From contig MU058418.1 of the NCBI GenBank assembly GCA_013265495.1, positions 2,134,917 through 2,198,916 on the forward strand: a stretch of 64,000 bases of DNA. Direction: 5' to 3'. Source of the stretch: Vicugna vicugna. Its lineage: Eukaryota. The translations under genes were made by a program, and so were the position numbers. This document shows positions 48,747 through 62,249 of the stretch, piece by piece; the first letter of the stretch is position 1; every line of letters begins with the position of its first letter. A model generated the notes under the pieces. That model was not told the DNA's origin and ran no database searches. It worked only from the letters and a program-made list of their open reading frames with translations.

Positions 48747-51700
48747 CTTCTTCTTTTTTTTTTTTTTTGGTCTCTGTTTGCTCTCTGGTATTTATTATTT
48801 CCTTCTTTCTGCTGACTTTGGGCTTTGTTAGTTCTTTTTTCTTATTCATTTAGATGATAATTGTTTATTTGGATTTTTTTCTTGTTTCTTGAGGTAAGCC
48901 TGTATTGCTGTAAACTTCCCTCTTAGGACTGCTTTTGCTACATCCCATAGACTTCAGAAAGTTGTGTTTTATTTTCATTTGTTTCAAGGTACATTCTGAT
49001 TTTCTCTTTGATTTCTTTATTGACTTCTTGGTTTTTTTAGTGGTAGGTTGTTTGGTATTCATATGCTTGTGTTTTTCCCAATTTTTCCCCTGTAATTGAT
49101 TTCCTGTAGTTTCATACTGTTGTGGTCAGGAAAAAATACTTGATATAATTTCTGTCCTCTTAAATTTGTTGAGACTTGTTTTGTGGCATAATATGTGATC
49201 TATCCAGGGGAACATTCTATGTGCACTTGAAAAGAAGGTGTATTCTGCTGTTTCCTTATTTATTTTCTATCTGAATGATCTGTCCATTGATGTAAGTTGG
49301 GTGTTAAAGTCCTCTTCTATTACTGTATTATAAAGTTCTCTATGTCTGTTAGTATTTGCTTTATATGTTTAGGTGCTCCAATATTAGGTGAATATATGTT
49401 AATGAGTGGTATATTCTCTCTTATATTGATCCCTGTATCATTATATAATGTCCTTCTTTGTCTTTTGTTACAGGCTTCATTTTAAAGTCTGTTTTCTCTG
49501 ATATGAGTGTTGCTACCCTAGCTTTCTTGTTTTCATTTGCATGGAGTATCTTTTTCTATCTACTCACATTTAGTTTGTGTGTCTTTAGCTCTAAAGTGAG
49601 TCTCTTGTGTGCATATTATAGATGGTTTTTTTAATCTAATAAGTCACCATGTCTTTGGACTGGAGCATTTATTCTGCTGACACTTAAAGTTATTATTGAT
49701 AGTTATGTACCTACTGCCACTTTTGTTACTTGTTTTCTGGTTGTTTTTGTAGTTCTTCAATGTCTTTTGTAGTTCTTTGATGTCATACTTTTTATCTTCA
49801 TGTTTATCCTTTACTGTTGATTGTAGTTATAGTTGGTTTTGTAACTTTTTTTGTTTTTTAATCTTTTTAGTAACTTATTTAAGTTGTTGATCTACAGACT
49901 TTATTATATATTTGCCTTTACTAAAGGGATTTTTCCTTTCCTATAGATTCTTAATTCTTGTAGCCTTTTGTTTTCTATTTAGAGAAGACCTTTTAACACC
50001 TATTTTAGGGTTGGTTTGGTGTTGATGAACTCTTCATTTTTACTTTAGAAGTTCTTCATTTCTACTACAATTCTAAATGTTAATCTTGCTGGGTAGAGTA
50101 TCCCAGCTTGTAGCTTCTTCCTTTTCAGCACTTTATATTCTGCCACTCCCTCTGGCCTGCAAAGTTTCTGCAGAAAAAATCAGTAGATAGCCTGGTGGGA
50201 TTTCCCTTATATGTGACTCCTTGTTTTTCTCTTAGCCCCTTTATCATTCTCTCTTTAACTTTGGCCATTTTGATTATGGTATGTGTTGGTGTAGGTTTCT
50301 TTGGGTTCATCTTGTTTGGCACCCTCTGTGCTTCCTATACCTGGCTATCTGTTTCCTTCTTTAGGTTTGGGAAGTTTCCAACCATAATTTCATCAAATAC
50401 ATTTTTGACACTTTTCTGTCTGTCTGCTCTTTCTGAAACTTCTATAATGCAGATGTTGGTATGCTTGATCTTGCTTCAGAGGTCCCTTAAACTTTTCATT
50501 TTTTTAAATTTTTCTTTTTTTTTTTCAAAAACTTTTTTAGGGGGGTAATTCTTTTTGCCTTTTTGACTGGGTCATTTCCATTATTCCCATTATTCCATTT
50601 TCCAGATCACTTATGCATTCTTCTGTATCACCTAGTTGGCTATTAATTTCTTTTAGTGCGTTTTTCATTTCAGATATTATATTCTTCAGTTCTGACTGGT
50701 TCTTTTTTATATTTTCTTGTTCCTTGTTAAAATGATTAATGTGTTCATCTATTCTTTTCCCTGGTTCACTTAGCATTCTTATTACTAATGGTTTGAACTC
50801 TTTTTCAGGTAAATTATTTATCTGTTTCACCAGTTGTTTTTTAAGAGGTTTTTTTTTTCTTGTTCTTTCATTTGTAAGAAATTCCTCTATTTTCTCATTT
50901 TGCTTAACTTTCTCTGTCTCTATGAAATTGGGTGAAACAGCTACCTATCCTGGTCTTGAAATGGTGTACTTGTGTGGGAATGTCAGTCTGTGTGTGCCTG
51001 GTGGCTTTGGTGGGAGAGCTAGGTCTGAAGTGAGCATGAGTCATGTCTTTCCCTAGGATATGCTGGCAGCTATCACCTTGGTAAGAGATGGAGCTGGAGA
51101 TGGAGGGGCTATAGCCAGAGCCAGGTGCGATCTGAAGCTTCTCTCTGTTCAGTGGCCAACATCATTCTATTGGTGGCAGGTTCAGGTCCCAAGCTGCTAG
51201 AGCAGAGCCCTGAGGGTCAAGACTGAGCTGGTTCTATTCCGTTTAAGTATGTGCTCTCCCTCCTCTCAGCATTGATACATTCACCCCAGAGGGGATCAGT
51301 GCTGGAACAAGAAGGGCCAGAGTGGGCGCCTGGTGTGGGTCAGGGGATGCTGGAGTTCCAGACTGCTTCTGATCTGCTGCCTCCATGAGCACCAGGAATG
51401 GCTGTCCTCACTCTTTTCAGATGCTGTGACAAGTTGACATAGCTCTGTCCTCCACAACCGTGTGCTCTTCTGAGCTGTGGCAGCCTTTACCCACCCTAGT
51501 GTGGAGCTGCACTGCAGAGCAAGAAAGGCCAGAGCAAGCACTGAATTTGGGCCAGTATGTGGTCACAGGAAACTGTCAGAGTCCCTGGATGTTTCAGTCC
51601 GCTTCCTCTGTCTTGTTTTGGGAGTAAGCAAGCATGTGCATGCTCTTCACAAATGGATTCTTAGTTTCTTACAACCCTGCTGTCAGTCCCACTGGTTTTC

Positions 51701-52040
51701 AAACTAGCTAAGGGGACTTGCCCTTCTGGTTTTGGAGCCCAGGGCTAGGGCACTCGATACATGGTTCGAACTGCTTGCTCCACAGGGAGAATCTCTGAGC
51801 CCATGTAATTCCCCTCCTCTTCTGTGTCCCCGCCCAGAAGCGCAAGTTCCAAACTGATTGCTTCTCTTCCCTTCTTACCTGACTCTGTGTAGGTCTTTCT
51901 TAGTCTCTTGGTTCTGTAAGAGTCTTCCTACCAGTCTCTAGTTTGTTTTCAGTGAGAATTGTTCCACATGGAGATATATTTTTGATATGTTCTTGGGGAG
52001 AAGTGAGCTCTGCATCCTCCTACTCCACCATTTTGATCTC
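45590..52040 (-). mobile_element. Near full-length L1 (~6.4 kb), inactive
   Basis: 5' end gatcaaaatggtggagtaggagg; ORF1 remnants (track ORFs 50537..50830 and 50125..50322); RT motif LFADD (47358..47687); ORF2 C-terminus and 3' UTR. Many stops and frameshifts. Confidence 0.92.
48640..48768 (+). repeat. 129-nt poly(T)/(TTC)n tract inside L1 ORF2
   Basis: Directly visible; produces the poly-F and poly-K track ORFs. Confidence 0.95.
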
Positions 52041-52371
52041 GTTTCTTTTCTAAAAGTTTGCTAGAATTTGCTACTGAAAGCGTTTGTGTGTGGAGTTGCT
52101 TTATGGGGCAAATTTTGATAATACATCATTTTCTGTAGTAGATATAAGGCTCTGCAGACTTTCAGTGGGTCTTGAATCACTTCTGATAAATTGTGTTTTT
52201 CAAGAAGTTTGTCCATTTCATCTTAATTGTTGAATTTATTGGAATCAAGTTATTGTTGAATTTACTAAAATCAAATTGTTTATAATATTCCTTTATTAAG
52301 GTTTTAATGTCTGTCTGGTTTGTAGTGAAACTCCCTCTTTTAATTCTTGACATTCTTATTTTGTATTCTTT

Positions 52372-52507
52372 TTTTCTTCTTCTGTTTTATGAAGGGGAGG
52401 TAATTAGATTTATTTATTTACATGTGGAGGAGGTACTGGGAATAGAACCCTGGACCTTGTGCATGCTAAGCATGCACTCTGCCACTTGAGCTCTACCCTC
52501 CTCCCAG
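52372..52507 (-). mobile_element. tRNA-derived SINE (Vic-1-like)
   Basis: gaggtaattag...gaggtactgggaatagaaccctggaccttgtgcatgctaagcatgcactct...; 15-bp TSD tattttgt(a/g)ttcttt at 52357-52371 and 52508-52522. Confidence 0.9.
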
Positions 52508-53067
52508 TATTTTGTGTTCTTTATTGTTATTTTTTGGTCCACTTGGCTATGCATGTATCAATTTCATTACTCTTTTGAAATAACTAACTTTTGATTTGGC
52601 TACTTTTCTCTATTGTTTGTTTTCTATTTACTCAATTTCTGTTTTAAGCTTATTATCTTCTTCCTCATATAGATTTTGCGTTAATCAGTTCATCTTTTTC
52701 TAGCTTTATAAGGTACAAATTTAGCTCATTGACTTAATTTTTTTCTTTTCAAATATAAAGCATTTAAAACAATAAATGTAAGAGAAAAATAGTCAAAAGG
52801 CTATAGAAAAAGTATTAGTCACCTGGACAATAAATAAAACAGTATATAATAAAATGTACATATATCTATATATATATACAAAAATTTTTTATAAAACAAT
52901 TAGAAAAATAAAACATCTGACAAAGACAATTTTCCAAAAAATAAGTAGAAATATGAATGATATTCAGCTTTCTAATAATTAAGGCAATAATATAAAAATA
53001 GATTACCAATTTTCACCTGTCAGAATGGCAAAGATTGGAAAGATTGATCAAAGTCATTGTTGGCAAG

Positions 53068-53635
53068 TGTTATGAAAGAACTGGACATTCTTATTTTGAT
53101 AGATGGGGGTGTATTTACTGGTTATGAAGAAATTAGGGGGCACATTAAGGAACAAAAGAGACAGAGAGCAATATGGGGTTCCTCTTGTCCTGCATCTTCA
53201 TTTAGAAGGGTAATTGGGTAGACTTGCTCCTGAGGTGAAGTTCAGGTTGTCATTGTCACCTGTGTTTAGAGGTGGATTTTGAGGACTATTTGGAGAGGGA
53301 AGGGAGATGGGTTGGTAAGTCGCGTGCAGGAGGTGTAGTTCTGGCTTTGGGAAGGTTCTGCTCCCTCCAGAACTCTACCTGTTCTCTCTGGCATGCAGCG
53401 CCTTCATGTTGTCCTTTGGCTCATGTGACCCAGGCCCACAGATAAACTAAGGCCAGATCCAGCCCTGATGCTCATACACCCAGTGCAACTAAGTGTTGCC
53501 CACAGGAGACTTAGCACCCTTACGGTCTCCCAGAAGAAACCACAGTTTACCTTAGATGATTTTCAGTTTATCGCTCTTGCTTAATACATGATGCCCTAGG
53601 GTCCTTACCATTGCATAAGTGACCATTTCATAACA
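53068..53635. mobile_element. Solo-LTR-like element, 568 bp
   Basis: Perfect 10-bp inverted termini TGTTATGAAA...TTTCATAACA; interrupts an old L1 fragment; TSD unclear. Confidence 0.6.
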
Positions 53636-55651
53636 AAGAAATGAACACTTAGCAATTGACTTTACAATTGGTAGCTGAACAGAACTGTGGCAGCTTTTCT
53701 GTGTCTGCATGTGTGTTTTGTGGGGGGTAAAGTTATTAAGATAATTTTCACTCTTGCCAGTTAAAAATTGATAGCGTGTATGTATGTATGTGTTTACTTA
53801 TTTAATTCCTTCCTTGTTCTGAAAGGATTTAAGGAAGCTTCTTCCTCCTCCCCACCCTACTGCACAAAGTAGAATAAAATAAAGTAAGAACCACTTCATG
53901 CGGAATGCAGTTTATTTAATTAACCTTGATATTAGCCTTGATTTGGGAATTGGGGAATGGGAGAGGACAACAAAGGACATGGTTGGCTAGGGAACTGGAG
54001 CTGGGAACCAAATGATACAAAGCAGGAGAGAGAATCATGGTGATGATAGCTGATTCAGAAGGTGTGGCTGGAGGTGTCAAAGTTTCCACTTGAGTCTGGA
54101 GGTGATTTGATGCTTCCCTATCGGTAAAGCCCTGGAGCTGTGAAGAGCCAACTTGGAGACATCCCTCTGACGATCAGAGGCTCCTTTCCCCTTCTGGGCT
54201 GCGTTACTAGTTGTGGGATTGCTGGAATAAGCCAGGTGGCAGGCCTGCAAGACTTAAAGCTCGTGACAAGTAACTTCACGGTGATCTTTAAAAATAACAC
54301 CTTTATTCTGAAAGTTCAAGTGAAGTTGAACATTAATTGAAGCTATCAGACAACCTGCAATTTCTTCTCTTTCAGGAAAGCTGATTTTCTTCCCTCGGTG
54401 AAAAGTGACTGATTAATTAGCCTGTCATTATAAAAGGAGACGGTAATGTTAGTAAGATACTGAACTTCCTGTTAAATGGATTACCTATTATATTCCATTT
54501 GGAGTTCATGTGTATATTAGAAACACATTCATCTTTATACTAAGTCACCCCTATTAAAGCTACATATTGAAATTTTAAGCTTTTCCTTGATACTTAACTT
54601 TCAGCAGAGAGTCATCTCAGATCATCTTCTATCTTTAATTGGCATTTTAATACAGCGGTTTTGGATGTCCTAATTCTCCACCCCAATTCTTGCCAAACCC
54701 CCACCCCTCAAAATATCTACACACCCACACAGATGTTTTCCCCAGCAGTTGATTCACACTCACCTGCACATGTGTGTGCATTCGGGCAGTCCAGCTGTCC
54801 CGTGCTTGATGTATGGAAGCCCTGTACATGCCCATCACTGCTCCCTTTCCTTCCCTCTTGCTCTTGGGCATTTTGTTTACCTCCTTTTTCACCTTCACCA
54901 CTTGAACTTCAGACTGCCGATACTCAAGCTGCCCTCTCCGTCTTCCTACAACCCCTAGTTATTACTGAGCACTTGTCATGAATTTCAGCCCAGCTTTCCA
55001 GATGTGTAAGCCTCCTCTCAGCTCATTCACACACAGCAGGTGTTCGTATGGCTTTCATCTACTTGAAGTGGTGGCTCACATCTGGCCTGGTTGCTCCCAT
55101 GGCCCGCAGCCCAGCGGCCACCCTGGGATCTCCCTTCACTGTTATCCCATAGCCTCTGTTGTGATGATTTCCCTATTTTCCTAGATCCTGCATCATTTTC
55201 TTTCTTGATTTATGCCCTCATTTTGGTGGAGCACCTCCTTCAGTTGCTTTGTGAGACAGGGTTCATGGACAGGAATTTTTTAAGCCCATGCGTGTCTGAA
55301 AATGTCCTTATTCTACCCTCAGATTTGATTAATAAGCTTAATGTTGAATTAAAGACTGAAATTAATTTCCCCTTAAACATTTGAAGGCATTATGTCCCTG
55401 TCTTCCACTTTCAGTGTTACTGTGGAGAATTTCCAGTGTTAACTCTATTCTTGATCTGTAGTTTGAAGCATTATCCCCTCCTCTTTAGAAGCTTGTGCTA
55501 TCCTTTTATCTCCAGTTTTCTGAAATTTTACACTCCTACCTCCAGAGATGACATGCTGCAATTTTCCACGCCTTTGGAGGTTCTGTAGTATAAATTGGAT
55601 GGCTTCTTGACTTCCCACTGCTTTTTTGCGCATGCTTTTCAGCTTCAGATG

Positions 55652-55860
55652 GTTTCCTTCCTTCCTTCCTTCCTTCCTTCCTTCCTTCCTTCCTTCCTTC
55701 CTTCCTTTTCTTCCTTCCTTTTCTTCCTTCCTTTTCTTTCCTTTCTTTCTTCCTTTCTTTCTTTCCCTTCTTTCTTTCTCTTCTTCTTTTTCCTCTTCCT
55801 CCTCTTTTCCTCCTCCTCTTCTTCCTCTCCTTCCTCTCCTTCTTCTCCTCCTCCTTCCTG
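55652..55860 (+). repeat. (TTCC)n / CT-rich low-complexity tract
   Basis: Directly visible; explains four overlapping low-complexity track ORFs. Confidence 0.95.
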
Positions 55861-56739
55861 CTGTTTCACGCTTTCTCTTGCCCTTTGGGCTTATATCTAA
55901 AAACATGAACATAAAAAAACTTTACTACGGTTTAGTAAGGTTTTCTGGAGGAACAGAGGTGTTCACTCCACCATCTTTACCCAGAAGACTACCCATTTGG
56001 TCTTCACCCACATCTGCTGTGGATTTTGCCCCACTTCATTGTGGAGACTGCCCCGGAAAGGCCACTCAGGCACCTGTTGTCAGGCCCCCTGGGCCCTTCT
56101 CTGTCCTCATCTTTCCTGACCTCTCAGCAGCAGGTGATGGGGCCGTGCCTGCTCCCTCCTTTTCCAGATCATCTCCTCTCTTTGCTTGGATGACTCCAGC
56201 TGTCCTGGGTTTTTCCTAATCCCTGGCCCTTCCTCTCAGTCTTCCCCGCAGGTTCTTTCTCCGTATTCAGCCTCTAAATAACTTTATTTGGAGTGCCTCA
56301 CGCTAGTTTTTTGTTGTTATTGCTCTGTCTCTATCTTCATTCTCCCTAGTAGGTTAATCCAGTCCCATGACTTCACTTTAAATGCCATTTATGTGCTGAT
56401 GACGCCCTCTGAGATCTTTCCTCTAAGCTCCAGACTCAGAAGTTCCCACTTGATCACTTTTGGGCATATTGTAAACGGAACTCTTGGTTTTCCTTCAAAC
56501 CTGCTTCTTCTCCAGTCAACCCTACATCAGTAAGCAGCACCACCAGCTAGCTAGTTGCTCAAGCAAAAGTAATTGGATGGATTATTCCTTTTCTCCAGTC
56601 TCATCAATCAGCAAGTTATATGTCCAAAATAGAGCTTCAATTTATCTTTGCCCTCATCTGCTCCAGTGCCTCGCACATATGAGACATTCACTCACTGGTA
56701 AATGGTCACATCAATGATGTCAGTAGAAAGCCAGGAAGA

Positions 56740-57150
56740 TTGGGAAATTTCTGGATTAAAACATATTAAAAAGACATGGTAACCAAATGCAATACACAAT
56801 ACTTGATAAGATTCTGATTTCTAAAAAGCCAGCTATAAAGGGCACTTGGGGAAATTTGAAAATGGATTATATATAAGTAATATTGTATCAGTGGTATTAC
56901 GATTATGTGGGTGGCTGTCCTTGGTTTTAGAAGTACAAGCTGAAGTTTTTAGGGTTGATGTGTTATGATACCTGTTACTCGTTTTCAAACAGTTCAGAAG
57001 AAAAAAAGCTTATCTCAAGAAGGAAGGAGAGAGAAAACAAAGGTAGCAAAATATTAACAGTTGGTGAATCGAGGTGAAGAGTTTTCATTGTCCTTTTCTG
57101 ATAATTTTACTGTTGGTTTCACATTTTTCAAAATAAAAAATTGGGAAAAA
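56740..57150 (+). mobile_element. Old L1 3' end (L1ME-like)
   Basis: agacatggtaaccaaatgcaa...gcaaaatattaacagttggtgaatc...tttttcaaaataaaaa. Confidence 0.7.
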
Positions 57151-57375
57151 TTAGTCGTGAAGAATTTAAGGGAAAGGTATTTCAGGGAAATTTTTAGGCC
57201 TCGAAATGCCGAGATTCATTTGGAAGCATACTATTAAAGTGTAATAAAGTCTAAGAATATACATAAATAGTTATAGAGTTGATTTATTTAACAGGAAAGA
57301 AAGAAAATTGAGTAGAAATAAGGCCTTTCTAGAAGTTACCTCAAAGATTTGGTGTGAAAGTCGGTGGTGAGCCGC

Positions 57376-57464
57376 CCACCAGAGGGCAGTGCAGGAGAGT
57401 GATTCTGTGCGCTGCTGAGCGCTGTGGTTTTCTTTCCCACCTAACTGGCTCCACAAGAGGTCGC
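57376..57464 (+). promoter_or_regulatory. Two co-oriented CTCF-like motifs in FIG4 intron 1
   Basis: CCACCAGAGGGCAG (57376-57389) and CCACAAGAGGTCGC (57451-57464) resemble CCASYAGRKGGCRS; several CpGs are retained locally. Confidence 0.65.
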
Positions 57465-60402
57465 TCTTCCCTGCGTAAAACACTTGGGTTTCTTAGACCA
57501 CTTTAGAAGAGAATGTGGATAGTTGTACTGCTTTCGGTTTCTTTCTCTCCTCCCAGATCTGCTTCTGAATTTTGTGGATTTTACTCTCGACTCCTCTGTT
57601 TCACGGAGTGAAGACTCATGGAGGGGTCTAGATATGGGAGGTGTAGACCTGCCCTCCCGAGTGTGTGCTCCAAACGCCAATAGTGCCTTTGTCTAGTTAT
57701 GTATTATACCTGCCTTTTTTTTTTTTTTTTTCCCACAAACTGCCAAATCACTATCCTACTGCATTTCAGCTTTAGATTGTCTGGGATCTGTTAACATTCT
57801 AGGAATTTCACTTGGGACTTCTACCTGTCTTAAAGCTGTGATGTGCCTCCTAACTGAGTGGTTGACTTAAAAAAGGGCTGTCCTTTTCTGTGTGCTTAAC
57901 CAAAAAAGATAGGTTAGTGCAAACGTTGTAAAAAGTTACCCAGCAGGTTAAGTGATTAGTCTGTGATGAGTGATTGTTCTTTCACCCAACATTTACCCAG
58001 TACCTGCGGAACCATATTGTGTTACTAGACTAGAATGAAAAACCACAGAGGTTACCGTGTTAGGCCCAGTCTCCTGAGCTACTTATTATTGGGGAAGGAG
58101 GCAGACATGCCCCAAACAAATTGAGACAAGACCCTCAGAAGGAAGTGCTAAATTTAGATATAAGCAAAAGTGCTTTGGTGGGGGCAGGTGGAGAGGGTGG
58201 GTGTCACTTCCCTGTCTTGGCTCCATACATCAGTTCCTGTCCAGAGGTCCTTAAAGGTCAGACTCAGTGGCAGGACACCAGTCTCTCTGGATTCCTTGCT
58301 CTGACCCTTCCCAGATGAGTTAAGGGTCCTTCCCGTGTTGTCACCGCATCCAGTTCCAACCTCTGTTGCAGCACACTATAATTCATGGTTGTTAATTTGC
58401 ATGCTCTTCTCTGCTGAGGACAAAGACTGATTACTGTTAGATTTGTGCATTTTCCCAGTCGGGCTCCATTCTGCTCCTGCACATGCTTTTTTCCCTCTGG
58501 GGTATCTCTTTTTTCCCTCTTTTTTTTTTTTTCTGTCTTTTTCTCAAATACAGTGACATGTTTTTCTCAAATACACTGACATCTTCAAAGGTAAAGGAGA
58601 GAAAAGGAAGTAACACTCACCGAGTGCCTTCTTTATGTTGAACACTATTCACTGTTAGGTGTTTTAGGAACATTTTCTCAGTTAGTCTTGTTCCTTTAAC
58701 AAACACGCCAACCTTCTCCCCCTCCCAGGTCTTTCACTTGCTTTTTCCTTTCCTGGGAGCTGTTTTTCCTCAAGTCCTCGAGAAGGTGGATCCCTTTTCT
58801 GCTAAGAAACATGGCTAGTTTACAGACCATGCTTCTGAGGTTTATTCACTAGGTTGGTTACCCTCAGTCCTCTCAGTGGAGGGTGGGGTCTCTGGGAAGA
58901 ATTAGCAGCAGCCAGGCTGAGAACCTTTGACCTCCTCTCTGTCTTCCTGCCCTTCTGGCTGCTCCTCCAGTGTGTCAAGTCCTGGTCAGTGAATGTCTCA
59001 AGTTAGTTTATGAATTTTAACCATAATTGCTTTATTTCTACCTCATTATAACTGGCACTAACGTCCAGATTCTTCCTCTCCTTAGGAGATGAGGGATTCA
59101 GTATTTTGCTTGGCTTTCCTCCTAAGACAGGGCTCACCCATCATCTTTTAACATACAGTCTTGTTATTTATAATCTGGAAGTCTAGGTCAGACCTTTATA
59201 AACATATATACTTAATAATTTAAAAACCCATCTATTACTATAGATTTAGCATTAAAACAATATAACCAAGTGCTCAGCTTCTGTTATACATATCTTCTGT
59301 TATATATATACTTCTGTTATAAAATCTTACTTTAAAAAAATCTTACCCATCCTTTTAGGCTCAATTCAAGTCCTAACTCCTAGAATATTTTCTGCATCCA
59401 TAGTACCCAACACTAATCTTTCCTGCTCTGAATTCCTCTGGTCTGCATACTTCAGTTTGGCCATTAATCTACAGAATCGTATTTCCTATTTAATTGCTTT
59501 GTGTATCTGTATCTTACGTGACCAATGAGATGGTAGGATTCCAGTTGATGGTGGCAGTGTGTTCTCTATTTTTGCAGTGTTGAGATAGTGCCACTTTAAA
59601 GGACATTTTTGAAGCAAGGTATCTTCAAATAGTTTATTTTTCATAATGAAGTTTTACTTATTTTCTTAAGCACAATTTTAAAATTATTCATCTTATTCAG
59701 GTTTTCTTAAAGTCATTTTCTTTAAATGTAGGATGATTATTTTTCTGTATTTTTATTATTCATTTTGTTCTCAGTATTCATTTAAGAAGACTAATGTGTT
59801 CAGGTATAATGCCCCAAGGAAATGTTTCAGGAAAGGAAGAATATTAATTATTTCCTGTAGCTTATCTGTAAGAAGCCATTTGGGAAAGTACACTCATTTT
59901 AATCTTTTATAGGACTTTGGGGTGGATTTTTATAGTTGTTGCATTAAAGTCATTTTTAGTCTTCTACAGAAAATTTGTGAAGATTTACTTGATAAAAATA
60001 TCAGTATTTTAATAGCTATAATTGTTTAAGCATTCTTAATTATATGTTGAGCTTTCTAATTCTTACCAGAGCTGCTCCTTCCTGGCAAAGTTTAAACATC
60101 AGTCTCCAATCAGTTAGGTTAATCTCTATATAATATAATTAAATTCATCTGACCTGGTTACTGGGTACATTTTAAATATCAGACTGATGGTTATCATGAT
60201 GCCACAGTGAATATTTCAATTTTTAAATTGACCTTTCAGAATTAGCCTTTCTTTAATCTGCCAGTTATACTTAACAGAAATATTTCTTTTAAAAAGTAAC
60301 CTGACTTTATTAGTATATTTAATTTAAAAAATTGAAGTGATTATAAAATGTGTGTAAGGCAAACTGCCTTCAAAAACTAATGACATTTCTTTTCATTTAT
60401 AG

Positions 60403-60519
<117 letters not shown>

Positions 60520-61764
60520 TGAATACAAACAGAAACTTTGAAATTGTTGTTTAAAGGGTATGAAATATCCTCCCAGCTTCTAGTGACATATTTTTTTATC
60601 GTGCATCTAAAAATTGCAGTTATTTTTCATGATTGTCTTAAGATTTGAATCTCTAATCTGGTTTCTCGAAATTACTGATGTCAGAAAGTATGCCAGAATT
60701 ACACTTTGTCCCTCGTTTTGATTTATTTTACAAAGCAAACTCTTTGGATAAGATAATGAATATATTTTCTTAAAGGGGTGACATTTTAAGGATTCAGTAT
60801 AACTCTTAATATTGTGTCCACCAAAGAGATTATTTATTACTGTGCCTTAATATGAAGCTACTTGAAATAAGAAAGGACTCCTCTACTGCATACTTCTTAC
60901 TGTGCTGCTAAAACTGGCAGGGTCTCTTGAAAATTTGCTAGAGAAATGTTAAGCTATTCTTATCCACATGTTATGTTATCCAGAGTCAAAAATACAGAGG
61001 CTTAATTCAAGGTGGCACAAAAACACGAGGCTTTTCGTCAAAAGAGAAATACAATATGGTGAAATTGAACTGCTGACTTTAACGCTTTCAAGTGAGAGCA
61101 CCTGACTAACCCTTTGTACCTGAAGTTCCTGTCTGTGATAATTTCCGAATCCATGAAGATTCCTGATTTTTCAGATACATTAGTAGCCACAGTTTGGAAC
61201 TCATTTTCATTAAGCTCTTTGAAAAACAATTTTCTGTGTTATAATATTTTCGATAAACTGTATTTCGTGACTTCCTGTACTCCTGGGTGTCGTGGTTCTC
61301 CCTCCCCTCAACACTCATACCATCCAGTGGTTTTTATTAATATAATGTCGTGATTCTTGGCTTATTTTAGGAGTGGGAGTGGTTAATCAGGGATCTCTTT
61401 GAGGATCTAAGAAAAGCTATGGGTCTTGTCATAAAAATGTACATATAACCAAAACCTTGCATGCAATTTTAAGATGTTTAGAGGTTTTTTGAAATTTGTC
61501 TGTGGATCCCCTAAATCTCTGAATTTCTGGTTCAGAAGATGGGGTTTTGATACCCTCTTTTGGTACAGCAACCTGAGATCCAGTAACCACCCTTAATTGC
61601 TAATGTGAAAGAATATGTTGGCTTTTTAAAATTGTAGCTTAGTCTTGCACTGCTGTATACTTCTCTATGAAATAGCTGATTTTGTAGGTAAGTTTTAGTT
61701 ATTAGGGGTAAATAATCAATCTAAAGTGAGCCCAACCTTACAGATTAAATCTGCTTATTTTTAG

Positions 61765-61941
<177 letters not shown>

Positions 61942-62249
61942 TGAAGATATTTTGCAAGGCTATATAGCGTAAATGTGACCCATCCTCTGTGGCTTTGGTT
62001 GTTTAAAACTTCATCATTCGTCAGTCAGATATCAGACAGCCTTTATACAGCATTTGTTGTGTGCTCAGCACTATGCTCAGTTTCATACGGTATACAAACA
62101 AATATAGCAATGGTTTGGACTTCTAGGAATCAGCTGTCTAAAAAGTAAAAATTGGCTTGGACTGTAAACATCAGCTGGAAAATCAAATCCAGGTAAAACC
62201 GGCTTTTTAATTAGGAGGAATTTCTCCCAAGGACATGCTGCAGTGTAAA

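Larger units (their letters stand above)
41970..52775 (-). mobile_element. Old L1 (3' UTR and ORF2) hosting several nested insertions
   Basis: Collinear antisense L1 sequence resumes after each insertion (at 43731, 44904, ~52041, 52508). Confidence 0.8.

Noticed and set aside
48615..48849. Poly-Phe and poly-Lys ORFs
   Set aside because: Translations of the poly(T) tract.
55445..56219. Long ORFs of 155, 101, 197 and 74 aa
   Set aside because: Stop-free by virtue of the (TTCC)n/CT-rich tract, plus an old L1 ORF1-like remnant.
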